64,000 nt of DNA from an uncultured Alphaproteobacteria bacterium (GCA_902620285.1 CACNHT010000004.1:2651-66650); one strand, 5' to 3'. Positions 8,485 to 18,008 are shown, counted from the stretch's first letter. Numbers and translations: made by a program. The notes: generated from the letters alone by a model not told the origin.

Positions 8485-10689
8485 ATGAAATTAGATAATA
8501 ATTTTGAAAAGAAAGTTTATGCTGGTGTCTTAGGAAAAATTATTGGAGTTTATTTAGGAAGACCATTTGAGGGTTGGCCCTATGATAAAATAATGAAAGA
8601 ACTTGGGCCTATTTATTATTACGTAAACGACAAATTAAATTTACCTCTTCATGTTACGGATGATGATCTCAATGGTACTTTTACTTTTATTAAAGCTTTT
8701 AAAGACTTTAATTTTAATCGAAATATAACTTCAAAGCAAATTGGTGATACGTGGTTAAATTATTGTTTAGAAAATCAGGCTGTTTTAGCATGGGCTGGAA
8801 AGGGATTATTGACCGAAGAGAGTGCGTATTTAAATTTAAAAGAAGGTATTGAAGCTCCAGAGAGTGGATCAATTAAAAGGAATGGTAAAATTATTGCAGA
8901 GCAAATTGGTGCACAAATATTTATTGATGGTTGGGGAATGATTGCAGCAGGTGATCCAGACTTTGCATCTGATTTAGCAAAAAGAGCAGGGAGTGTTAGT
9001 CATGATGGTGAGTCTGTTTACGGCGCTCAAATGGTTGCTTCTATGGAAGCAATGGCTTTTATTGAAAGTGATACAAAAAAAATAATTGAGCATTGTAAAA
9101 GTTACATTCCTAAGAATTCTGTGATTTATAAATTAATTTCAGATATTCAAGATTGGAGTTCTGGTAATTTAGATTGGGAACAAGCTAGATTCAAAATTGA
9201 AGAACACTATGGGTATGACAAATACCAAGGATTTTGTCATATTGTGCCAAATCATGCTTTGATAATTCTAGCTCTTTTATTTGGAGATGATGATTTTCAA
9301 AAAACGTTAATGATTGTTAATACAGCAGGGTGGGATACAGATTGTAACTCAGGAAATGTTGGCTGTTATATGGGTATTAAAAATGGTCTAGAGGGCATTC
9401 AAAAAGGTGCAGATTTTATTACACCTGTTAATGACACTTTATATATTACATCTGCTCGTGGTTCAGAAACTATGACTGATGCATTAACTGAAAGCCAGAA
9501 TATAATTAATATTAGAAGAAAATTAGATGGCCTTGAACATCAATCTATTAAAAACAATGCTCGATATAATTTTGAAATGGAAACATCTACGCAAGGATGG
9601 ATGATTGATAAATCAAATAATAATAATCAAAATACTTTTTTAAAAAACTGTGAACATATCTCTGCTATTGGCAAAAGAGCTTTAGAGATAAATTTTAACA
9701 ATCTTACAAAAGGAATTAATAGTGAATTATATGTGAATACATTTTTCCCAGAAGAATTTACAAGATTGAATGAGCAACAAGAAATGATGCTGATGGTTTA
9801 CAGTTTTGTTGGTTGTCCTACAGTTTACTCAGGTCAAACAATTAAAGCAGAAATTATATCGAAGACGAAAAAAAATATAAAAATTAAATTATTTATTAAG
9901 TATTATGGTGAAGGAGATAAGTTATTTAAATTAGATTCGGAGGAATTTTACTTCTCAGAAAATGAAACAAAAAAAATAGAATGGACTATTCCAGATACAT
10001 TATCAAATCCCATTACTCAACTTGGATATAGTATTGCATCTGATGAACAAGTATCAGGTAAAATATTAATAAATTATATTGATATTTCTGGAATACCTAA
10101 GATGACTTTTAAAAAACCTGAGCATATTAAAAACGACAAAGTAAATACGACAAGTCATAATATTAAATCTTTAACAAATGGTGTTTATATTCCAGATGAT
10201 GAAAAATATTATGGTCAGTTATGGAAATTGGCTTGGGTGAATGATGTAGATAAATGGTATAGTTATGGAAAAAATTCATTTGGGTTAATCAAAAATACAT
10301 CAAGAGGGCATGTATTTACAGGATCCTCCGATTGGAAAAATTATTCGGTAACTTCAAAAATAATGTTTCGTTTAGCATCATCTGGAGGATTGGTAATTCG
10401 ATCTCAGGGTTTGCAGAGGTATTATTCATTAGAAATTAAATCAACAAATAAATTACAGATTAATAAAATGGAATATGGTCTAAAAATATTAAAAGAAGTA
10501 GATTTTGCTTTTGAGCCATTTGAGGAATACTTTATGCGTTTTGAGGCTGATAATAATTTTTTAAAAGGCTTTATTAACAATGAATTGTTAATTGAGGTAG
10601 AAGATAAATCAAATCAATTTGAAAAAGGTATGATAGGCTGTATTGTTGAAAATGGAACTATTATTAGTGATGAAATTTCGATAAATTGA
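8485..10689 (+). CDS. ARH-domain fusion protein, paralogue 2
   Basis: 734 aa, colinear with paralogue 1 without indels through residue ~290. Same ARH motifs (GRPFEGW, VTDDDLNGT, GWDTDCNSGNVGC). Carries a longer linker (EHIKNDKVNTTSHNIKSLTNGVYIPDDEKYYGQLW) before the C-terminal module. Confidence 0.75.
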   Translation: MKLDNNFEKKVYAGVLGKIIGVYLGRPFEGWPYDKIMKELGPIYYYVNDKLNLPLHVTDDDLNGTFTFIKAFKDFNFNRNITSKQIGDTWLNYCLENQAVLAWAGKGLLTEESAYLNLKEGIEAPESGSIKRNGKIIAEQIGAQIFIDGWGMIAAGDPDFASDLAKRAGSVSHDGESVYGAQMVASMEAMAFIESDTKKIIEHCKSYIPKNSVIYKLISDIQDWSSGNLDWEQARFKIEEHYGYDKYQGFCHIVPNHALIILALLFGDDDFQKTLMIVNTAGWDTDCNSGNVGCYMGIKNGLEGIQKGADFITPVNDTLYITSARGSETMTDALTESQNIINIRRKLDGLEHQSIKNNARYNFEMETSTQGWMIDKSNNNNQNTFLKNCEHISAIGKRALEINFNNLTKGINSELYVNTFFPEEFTRLNEQQEMMLMVYSFVGCPTVYSGQTIKAEIISKTKKNIKIKLFIKYYGEGDKLFKLDSEEFYFSENETKKIEWTIPDTLSNPITQLGYSIASDEQVSGKILINYIDISGIPKMTFKKPEHIKNDKVNTTSHNIKSLTNGVYIPDDEKYYGQLWKLAWVNDVDKWYSYGKNSFGLIKNTSRGHVFTGSSDWKNYSVTSKIMFRLASSGGLVIRSQGLQRYYSLEIKSTNKLQINKMEYGLKILKEVDFAFEPFEEYFMRFEADNNFLKGFINNELLIEVEDKSNQFEKGMIGCIVENGTIISDEISIN

Positions 10690-10715
10690 GATAATATTCA
10701 TTTGGAGGGAGGAAA

Positions 10716-12878
10716 ATGAATTTAGATAAAGTATTTGAAGAAAAAGTTTATGCTGGTGTCTTAGGAAAAATTATTGGTGTTTATTTAGGTAGACCATTTG
10801 AAGGTTGGTATTATGACAGGATCATGGAAGAACTTGGTCCAATTAATTATTATGTAAATGATAAACTTGATTTTCCAATACATGTCACAGATGATGATCT
10901 AACAGGTACTTTTAGGTTTATAAATGCTCTTAAACATTTTAATTTTGATAAAAATATTTCGCCTAAACAAATTGGACAAACCTGGTTAAATTATTGTTTA
11001 GAAAATCAAACTGTACTTGCGTGGGCAGGAAAAGGAATTTTAACTGAAGAAAGCGCATACATGAATCTTAAACAAGGTATTCACGCACCTGAAAGTGGTT
11101 CCATTGCTAAAAATGGTAAAGTAATTGCGGAACAAATCGGAGCGCAAATATTTATTGATGGCTGGGGAATGGTTTCTCCAGGTGATCCAGAACAAGCTGT
11201 TGATTTAGCAAAAAGAGCAGGGAGTGTTAGTCATGACGGTGAATCTGTTTACGGCGCTCAAGTTGTTGCTGCTATGGAAGCCTATGCATTCATAGAAAAA
11301 GATTTAAAAAAAATAATAGAGGACAGTAAAAAATTTGTTCCAAATGATTCAACAATTTATAAATTAATTTCTGATATCCAAGATTGGAGCTCTGGTAATT
11401 TAGATTGGGAACAAGCTAGATCCAAGATTGAAGATAAGTATGGGTATAGTAAATTTCCAGGTAATTGTCATATCGTTCCTAATCACGCACTAATTATTTT
11501 ATCGTTGTTATTCGGAGATGATGATTTTCAAAAATCCTTAATGATCGTCAATACAGCAGGATGGGATACGGATTGTAACTCAGGAAATGTTGGTTGTATC
11601 TTAGGAATAAAAAATGGATTAGAAGGAATTAAACAGGGTCCAGACTATATAACTCCTGTAAATGATATCATTTATTTACCAACAGCATATGGTTCTGAAA
11701 CAATGACTGATGCTTTATTGGAAAGTCAGAACATTATTAATATAACAAGAAAAATGAATGGTCTTGAAAGCAAGGTTATCAAAAATAATGCTAGATATAA
11801 TTTTGAAATGGAAACATCTACACAAGGATGGATGGTTGATAAATCAAATGATAACAATCTAAATACTAGCTTATCTAATGTTGATTATAAATCAGATAAT
11901 GGAACTAGATCGTTACAAGTCAGTTTTAATGATCTATCATTTGGTCTTGCAAGTGAAATTTTTGTAGATAGTTTTTTCCCAGAATGGTTTACAAAATTAG
12001 AAGGTTATCAAGTTCAAAGATATTTTCATTATGATTATGTCGCTTGTCCTATTGTATATTCTGGACAAAAGATCAAAACAGAAATTATATCTCAATCTGA
12101 AAAAGATTTGCGAATTAATTTATTTATTAAATATTGGGGAGAAGAAGATAAATTAATCAAATTATCTTCTGATGATTTTAATTTAAGGAGTAAAGAAAAT
12201 AATACAATTGAATGGGTTGTTCCTGATACTTTTGCAAATCCAATAGGACAGATAGGTATTAGTATTAATTCTGATGATAATGTTTCAGGAAAAATTTTAA
12301 TTAATTATTTAAATATCTCTGGAACTCCAAAAATGACTTTTAGAAGACCTGACCACATAGATGAATATAAAAGAGGCATATTTTATAAAGAGGAGGTTTA
12401 CGGTCAATTATGGAAAAGAGCTTGGGTCAATGATGTAGATAAATGGCAATACCGACATAATGAATCATTTAAAGTAGTAAGGGGCATAGGTCGTGGTCAC
12501 ATAATGACTGGGAGTGAGACATGGAAAGATTATACAATTTCTTCAAAGATATCTATTCCTCTCGCATCTGCCGCTGGATTAATTGTTAGGTCTCAAGGTT
12601 TAAAAAGATATTATTCTCTTGAGTTAACATCTGAAAATAAACTCAAGATTAATAAAATGGAATATGAATTAAAAACACTTAATGAAATAGATTTTAATTT
12701 AGAATATTTTAAAGAATATGATTTAAAATTTAAAGTAGATGGCAATAAACTTCAAGGTTATGTTGATAATCAATTACTAATTGAAGCAGAAGATTCATCT
12801 AATCCATTTGAGGAAGGTATGATGGGATTTTTAACTGAAAATGGAGCAATTCAAAGTAATTCAATATCTATAGAATAA
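10716..12878 (+). CDS. ARH-domain fusion protein, paralogue 3
   Basis: 720 aa with a strong RBS (GGAGGGAGG). Same motifs. The N-terminal half shares long identical nucleotide tracts with paralogue 2. The C-terminal half is closest to paralogue 1 at the protein level. Confidence 0.75.
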   Translation: MNLDKVFEEKVYAGVLGKIIGVYLGRPFEGWYYDRIMEELGPINYYVNDKLDFPIHVTDDDLTGTFRFINALKHFNFDKNISPKQIGQTWLNYCLENQTVLAWAGKGILTEESAYMNLKQGIHAPESGSIAKNGKVIAEQIGAQIFIDGWGMVSPGDPEQAVDLAKRAGSVSHDGESVYGAQVVAAMEAYAFIEKDLKKIIEDSKKFVPNDSTIYKLISDIQDWSSGNLDWEQARSKIEDKYGYSKFPGNCHIVPNHALIILSLLFGDDDFQKSLMIVNTAGWDTDCNSGNVGCILGIKNGLEGIKQGPDYITPVNDIIYLPTAYGSETMTDALLESQNIINITRKMNGLESKVIKNNARYNFEMETSTQGWMVDKSNDNNLNTSLSNVDYKSDNGTRSLQVSFNDLSFGLASEIFVDSFFPEWFTKLEGYQVQRYFHYDYVACPIVYSGQKIKTEIISQSEKDLRINLFIKYWGEEDKLIKLSSDDFNLRSKENNTIEWVVPDTFANPIGQIGISINSDDNVSGKILINYLNISGTPKMTFRRPDHIDEYKRGIFYKEEVYGQLWKRAWVNDVDKWQYRHNESFKVVRGIGRGHIMTGSETWKDYTISSKISIPLASAAGLIVRSQGLKRYYSLELTSENKLKINKMEYELKTLNEIDFNLEYFKEYDLKFKVDGNKLQGYVDNQLLIEAEDSSNPFEEGMMGFLTENGAIQSNSISIE

Positions 12879-12902
12879 ATTTGTAAAAAAAGGGGAGAAA
12901 TA

Positions 12903-15062
12903 ATGAAACTAGATAAAGTGTATGAAGAAAAAGTATATGCAGGGGTACTTGGCAAGTTAATTGGTGTTTATCTAGGACGTCCTTTTGAACAATGGACTCA
13001 TGAAAGAATATTAGAAGAGTTAGGTGAGATTAATTACTATGTAAATGAGAAATTAAATGTTCCATTAGTAGTAACTGATGATGATATTACTGGTACCTTT
13101 ACTTTTTTAAGAGCTTTAAGAGAAAATAATTATGATCCTAATATTACGCCAAAACAAATTGGTCAAAGTTGGTTAAATAATCTTATAGAAAATAAAACTG
13201 TTTTGTGGTGGGGAGGTAGAGGTCATTCAGCTGAGGACACTGCATTCCAAAACCTTAAGGCAGGCATTCACGCCCCAATGAGTGGTTCGATTGAAACCAA
13301 TGGAGAAGTTGTTGCACAACAAATAGGAGCTCAAATATTTATTGATGGATGGGCTTTAGTATCACCAGGAGATCCAGAAAAAGCTGCTGATCTTGCAAAA
13401 AAAGCTGCAAGCGTAAGTCATGATGGCGAAGCGATTTACGGAGCACAAATGGTAGCCGCTATGGAGTCTTTAGCTTTTATCGAAAAAGATATTAATAAAA
13501 TTATTAATGAAAGTAAGAAATATATTCCAAATACATCTGAGATTTACAAAGTAATTGGAGAATTACAAAATATACGATCAGGTAATAGTGACTGGATGCA
13601 AGCAAGAGAATTTTTAGCTGAAAACTATGATTATGATAAATATTTAGGTGAGTGTCACATGATACCTAATCATGCTATTATAATTTTATCATTATTATTT
13701 GGGGATGATGATCTTCAAAAAACATTAATGATTGTTAATACTGCAGGTCGAGATACAGATTGTAACTCAGGAAATGTTGGTTGCCTGATGGGAATTAAAA
13801 ATGGACTTGAGGGATTAAATAATGGCCCAGATTATCTTTCTCCAATCCAAGATAGAATGTATTGCCCTACGGCAAATGGTGGCGAAACACAGACAGACGC
13901 ATTAACTGAAGCTTATAAAGTAATTAATACTGCAAAAAGAATGAACAATGAGGATATTGTTCAGCCTAAAAATGGATCCAGATTTCATTTTGAAATGCCT
14001 GGTTCAGTTCAAGGGTGGAGAGCAAACTATAAAGAAAATAAGAATATTTCCACTCATGTACAAAATATTGAATATGATAGTAAAATTGGAAAAAGAGCCC
14101 TTGAGATTAAATTTGATAGAGTAGCGCCTGGTGTCTTCTCTGAAGCATTGGTAGATGTATTTTTTCCTCAAGAGTTACACGAATTAGCAGGAAAAGCTAG
14201 AGAGAGATTTTTTCAAAGTTATAATTTTATTTCATCTCCATTATTATATTCTGGTCAAACAATTGAATCTGAAATTAATTTTGTCACAAGTTCAGATAAA
14301 CCAATCAATGTTAAATGTTTCATAAATATGTTTGGGAAAGATGATGAATATGAAAGAATTAATTCAGAGGAAATAATTTTGTATCCAGGTAAATCACATA
14401 ACTTAAAATGGAAAATTCCTTCAACTGAGGGAAATCCAATTACTCAAGTTGGATTTTCTATTGAATCTGAAGAAGCAAATTCTGGCAGCTTATTAATAAA
14501 CTATCTAACATTTACGGGAGAACCAGATTGTTCATTTTATAAACCAAAACATATTGGAGAACATAAACGGGGTGTGAAAACATCAAACGCTGTTATGTGG
14601 AAATCAAGTTGGGTAAATGCTGTTGATAAATGGGAAGTAGGTGCAAGAACATTTAGAATAACAAAAGATAGTGGGAGAGGGATTATCATTACGGGTAATG
14701 AAGCTTGGAAAAACTATACTGTTAGCGCAGATATAGCAGTGCAAAGACTAACTACCGGTGGCCTTGCTGTAAGAGTACAAGGTTTAAATAGATACTATGG
14801 ACTGGTAATTAATTCTTCAAACAAACTTCAATTAATAAAAGTGGTAAATGAAGTAAAAGTTTTAAAAGAAATGGATTTTAATTTAGAATATTTTAAAAAT
14901 TATAAATTATCTCTTAAAATTAAAGATAATGTTCTTTCTGCATACTTAGAAAATAAATTAGTTTTAGAATATGAAGATAAGAATAATCTTCTTGATTCAG
15001 GAGCTATGGGATTGATTGTTGAGGATGGTACATTAGTCACTGATGAAATAGTTGTAGGATAA
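12903..15062 (+). CDS. ARH-domain fusion protein, paralogue 4 (most divergent copy)
   Basis: 719 aa with RBS AAGGGGAG. Motifs retained (GRPFEQW, VTDDDITGT, GRDTDCNSGNVGC). The middle and C-terminal modules are clearly homologous to copies 1-3 but much more diverged. Confidence 0.75.
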   Translation: MKLDKVYEEKVYAGVLGKLIGVYLGRPFEQWTHERILEELGEINYYVNEKLNVPLVVTDDDITGTFTFLRALRENNYDPNITPKQIGQSWLNNLIENKTVLWWGGRGHSAEDTAFQNLKAGIHAPMSGSIETNGEVVAQQIGAQIFIDGWALVSPGDPEKAADLAKKAASVSHDGEAIYGAQMVAAMESLAFIEKDINKIINESKKYIPNTSEIYKVIGELQNIRSGNSDWMQAREFLAENYDYDKYLGECHMIPNHAIIILSLLFGDDDLQKTLMIVNTAGRDTDCNSGNVGCLMGIKNGLEGLNNGPDYLSPIQDRMYCPTANGGETQTDALTEAYKVINTAKRMNNEDIVQPKNGSRFHFEMPGSVQGWRANYKENKNISTHVQNIEYDSKIGKRALEIKFDRVAPGVFSEALVDVFFPQELHELAGKARERFFQSYNFISSPLLYSGQTIESEINFVTSSDKPINVKCFINMFGKDDEYERINSEEIILYPGKSHNLKWKIPSTEGNPITQVGFSIESEEANSGSLLINYLTFTGEPDCSFYKPKHIGEHKRGVKTSNAVMWKSSWVNAVDKWEVGARTFRITKDSGRGIIITGNEAWKNYTVSADIAVQRLTTGGLAVRVQGLNRYYGLVINSSNKLQLIKVVNEVKVLKEMDFNLEYFKNYKLSLKIKDNVLSAYLENKLVLEYEDKNNLLDSGAMGLIVEDGTLVTDEIVVG

Positions 15063-15064
15063 AT

Positions 15065-16048
15065 ATGAAATATAGAAAATTTGGATCATTAGATTGGAAC
15101 GTATCCGAAATTGGATTAGGTTGCTGGCAAATTGGAGCAGATTGGGGAGAAGTTCGTGAAGATAAAGCTAAAGAAGTATTAAAATCATCATTTGATAATG
15201 GTGTTAATTTTTTTGATACTGCTGATGTCTATGGCATGGGTAGAAGTGAAAAATTTGTAGGTGAATTCATTAAATCAGTATCTGAAAGAATTTATGTGGC
15301 AACAAAAGCTGGAAGACAAATCAACCCTCATGTGGCCGAGGGATACTATAATAAGGAGTTAATGGAGTCTTATGTAGACCAATCTTTATCAAATCTTAAT
15401 GTTGAAACAATTGATCTCTTACAAATGCATTGTCCTCCAACCGAAGTATATTCATCTGATCATACATTTGATATGTTAGATCATTTAGTGAGTAAAGGAA
15501 AAATTCAACATTACGGATTTAGTGTTCAAACAGTTGATGAAGCTTTAGCTTGCATCAAACGTCCAAATACAAAATCGATACAAGTTATTTTTAATATTTT
15601 TAGACAAAAACCTGCTGAAAAATTATTTGAAATAGCAAAAGAAAAAAAAGTTGCAATTATAGTAAGGGTGCCTCTTGCAAGTGGTTTGTTAACAGGTAAG
15701 TTCTCAAAAGATTCTTCTTTTGCTCCTGATGATCATAGAAATTATAATATCAATGGTGATGCATTTGATGTTGGAGAAACATTTTCAGGTGTTAACTTTA
15801 ATAAAGCATTAGATGCAGTTGAAGATTTAAAAAATATTTTGCCAACTGATATAACTTTGTCACAATTATCGCTAAGATGGATTTTGATGCATGATGCAGT
15901 TAGTGTTGTTATTCCTGGCGCTAAAAATAAAGATCATGTGAATCTAAATACTTCTTCTTCAAATATTAATGAAATTTCTTCTTTGATGGATAAAATCAGT
16001 AATATTTACACAGAGTACTTTTTTGATGATGTGCATCATCGTTGGTAA
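15065..16048 (+). CDS. Aldo/keto reductase family oxidoreductase
   Basis: 327 aa. GLGCWQIG..., NFFDTADVYGMGRSEKFVGEF and LQMHCP motifs typical of the AKR (Tas/YhdN-like) family. The start is 2 nt after the stop of ARH paralogue 4. Confidence 0.85.
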   Translation: MKYRKFGSLDWNVSEIGLGCWQIGADWGEVREDKAKEVLKSSFDNGVNFFDTADVYGMGRSEKFVGEFIKSVSERIYVATKAGRQINPHVAEGYYNKELMESYVDQSLSNLNVETIDLLQMHCPPTEVYSSDHTFDMLDHLVSKGKIQHYGFSVQTVDEALACIKRPNTKSIQVIFNIFRQKPAEKLFEIAKEKKVAIIVRVPLASGLLTGKFSKDSSFAPDDHRNYNINGDAFDVGETFSGVNFNKALDAVEDLKNILPTDITLSQLSLRWILMHDAVSVVIPGAKNKDHVNLNTSSSNINEISSLMDKISNIYTEYFFDDVHHRW

Positions 16049-17202
16049 AAAATTTTGTGTTAGAAGAAAATATAATTTTTAGAAGAGCTACGCTTGCATC
16101 AGTAATTACTTCTACCTACCCAATGATAGTCGTGGGTTGTTATTTTGGAATAACACCTTGGAATATGGAAAGACTTTCAATTGACGAGTCTGATTTAAGC
16201 TATGCAATATTACTTTTTGGTATTTTTTTTATAATTTCTAATCAAATTGCTGGAAGGATATTAGTCCCAAAATATGGAACTAAATTAGTTATGACTTTAG
16301 CTTTTCCTATTGTTACATTTTCCGCCTTATTGACTGTTATTTCCTCATCATATTTTTATTTTTTATTAACTTTTATATCTGGCGGAATAGGATGGGGTGC
16401 TTCTGGACCAATTGGAGGTATACATAGTCAACTTATTGAAAGACATTTTAAAAAAATTATTACACCATATTATGCCATGGGATTTAATTTAGGAATTCTC
16501 CTTGGAGGGGGATTAGCGGGTTTAATAATGAGAAATAATTATGAACCTTACATATCGTTTACGATTTTATCCTTTTTATCAATCTTAGTTTCCTCTTTTG
16601 TATATTCTTATGGATTACCTCGAGATTTAGATTTTAAAGGCGAAGGTGAGAAATTTAAATTACCAGAGACGAATGTTCTTTTATTTGGATTTTTGTTATT
16701 TTTTGTTTTTGGATCAGGTGGAATAATTATGGATTGGTCGACATTATGGTTGTCAAAAGATTTAAATACTCCTCTATACTTAGCAAGTATGGGATTAATC
16801 TTTTTTAGCATTGGAGGGATTTTTGCAAATTTATTTTCAAATTCTTTGATTAATTTATTCACTGAAAAAGTTGTAGGTTGTCACTTTGTGATGATTGGCG
16901 CAGCTATAATGTTTTTGTCTTTATTAACAAATAACTTCTACATTATACTAGGTGTTCTATGTATTTATGGATTTGCTATTGCAAATTTAGTTCCTATAAT
17001 AATTCGACAAGCGGTTAAACAATCCAATGAAAGTATCCCAATGACTGTAACTAATCTTATAACAATTGGATTGTCTTCTACAATGATTTTACCTGCTGGA
17101 ATTGGTTTTCTAGCTGAAACATATTCATTAACATTAAATATGTATTTATTAACCTTTGTAGTATTTATTTGTGCGGTTATATTTTCGCTTAAATATAAAT
17201 AA
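16042..17202 (+). CDS. Multi-pass membrane transporter, MFS-like
   Basis: 386 aa, about 11-12 hydrophobic segments with a central charged loop (PRDLDFKGEGEKFKLPE). TTG start overlaps the AKR stop, and the exact start is uncertain. The family call is pattern-level only. Confidence 0.55.
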   Translation: MVKNFVLEENIIFRRATLASVITSTYPMIVVGCYFGITPWNMERLSIDESDLSYAILLFGIFFIISNQIAGRILVPKYGTKLVMTLAFPIVTFSALLTVISSSYFYFLLTFISGGIGWGASGPIGGIHSQLIERHFKKIITPYYAMGFNLGILLGGGLAGLIMRNNYEPYISFTILSFLSILVSSFVYSYGLPRDLDFKGEGEKFKLPETNVLLFGFLLFFVFGSGGIIMDWSTLWLSKDLNTPLYLASMGLIFFSIGGIFANLFSNSLINLFTEKVVGCHFVMIGAAIMFLSLLTNNFYIILGVLCIYGFAIANLVPIIIRQAVKQSNESIPMTVTNLITIGLSSTMILPAGIGFLAETYSLTLNMYLLTFVVFICAVIFSLKYK

Positions 17203-18008
17203 TGGCTAAACTTAAAATATCTCAAATTCAATTTAGTGCTAGTCACATAGCAAATTTAAATGCAAAAAATTTAGAACAAAATTTTAAAAAAACATTAAAA
17301 TTTAAACCTGATTTAATTTGCACACCAGAATGCTCAAACATTATTACTAATGATAAAAATTTTTTATTATTAAATGCTCCATATCAAAATACATGCCCAG
17401 TTTTAAAAATGGCAAAAAATTTTGCTAAAAAAAATAAGGTTAATATAAATCTTGGTTCTTTACTCTTAAAAGTAAAAAAACAACGCAAACTAGTTAACAG
17501 ATCTTTTTTTATTGATAATCATGGAGTGATAAAAAAAACATATGATAAAATTCATATGTTTGATGTCGAAATTAATAATAATGAAAAACATCAAGAATCA
17601 TATTTATTTAAAGCAGGAAATAAAATAATTTTTACAAAAATTAATAATATTAAATTAGGAATGACAATTTGTTATGATTTACGATTTCCTAATTTGTATA
17701 GGCAGCTTGCTAAAAAAGATTGTTCAATTATTTTAGTTCCTGCTGCTTTTACTAGACCAACCGGAAAAGATCATTGGGAGGTTTTGAATAGATCACGAGC
17801 TATAGAGAATAATGTTTTTATTGTAGCAACAGGTATGTGTGGAAATCATCATATGAAAAGAAAGACTTATGGATATTCTCTTGTAGCAGATCCATGGGGG
17901 AGCATTGTAAATAGTACTAAAAATAAGCCTGCAATTCTTAATTCAATAATTAATATTTCTGATGTTAAAAATATAAGAAAAAAAATTCCTTCTCTAAAAT
18001 ATGACTAA
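17202..18008 (+). CDS. Carbon-nitrogen hydrolase (nitrilase superfamily, omega-amidase-like)
   Basis: 268 aa. Glu-Lys-Cys triad context: CTPECS, YDKIHMFD, TICYDLRFP. The start overlaps the upstream stop (TAATG). Confidence 0.85.
   Translation: MAKLKISQIQFSASHIANLNAKNLEQNFKKTLKFKPDLICTPECSNIITNDKNFLLLNAPYQNTCPVLKMAKNFAKKNKVNINLGSLLLKVKKQRKLVNRSFFIDNHGVIKKTYDKIHMFDVEINNNEKHQESYLFKAGNKIIFTKINNIKLGMTICYDLRFPNLYRQLAKKDCSIILVPAAFTRPTGKDHWEVLNRSRAIENNVFIVATGMCGNHHMKRKTYGYSLVADPWGSIVNSTKNKPAILNSIINISDVKNIRKKIPSLKYD

Larger units (their letters stand above)
6307..15062 (+). repeat. Tandem array of four ~2.2-kb gene-sized direct repeats (the four ARH-fusion paralogues)
   Basis: Starts at 6307, 8485, 10716 and 12903 (periods 2178, 2231 and 2187 nt). 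Spacers are 12-26 nt. The copies are diverged but colinear. Confidence 0.9.

Noticed and set aside
6307-15062. Considered whether the ARH array is an anti-toxin / ADP-ribosylation-reversal defence or immunity island (as for DarG- or Tri1-type ARH and macro proteins)
   Set aside because: There is no toxin-like ART gene, no mobile-element hallmarks and no compositional break. The genes are embedded co-directionally between sugar-type ABC importer genes and an aldo/keto reductase, so a metabolic role fits the context better. Not formally excluded.
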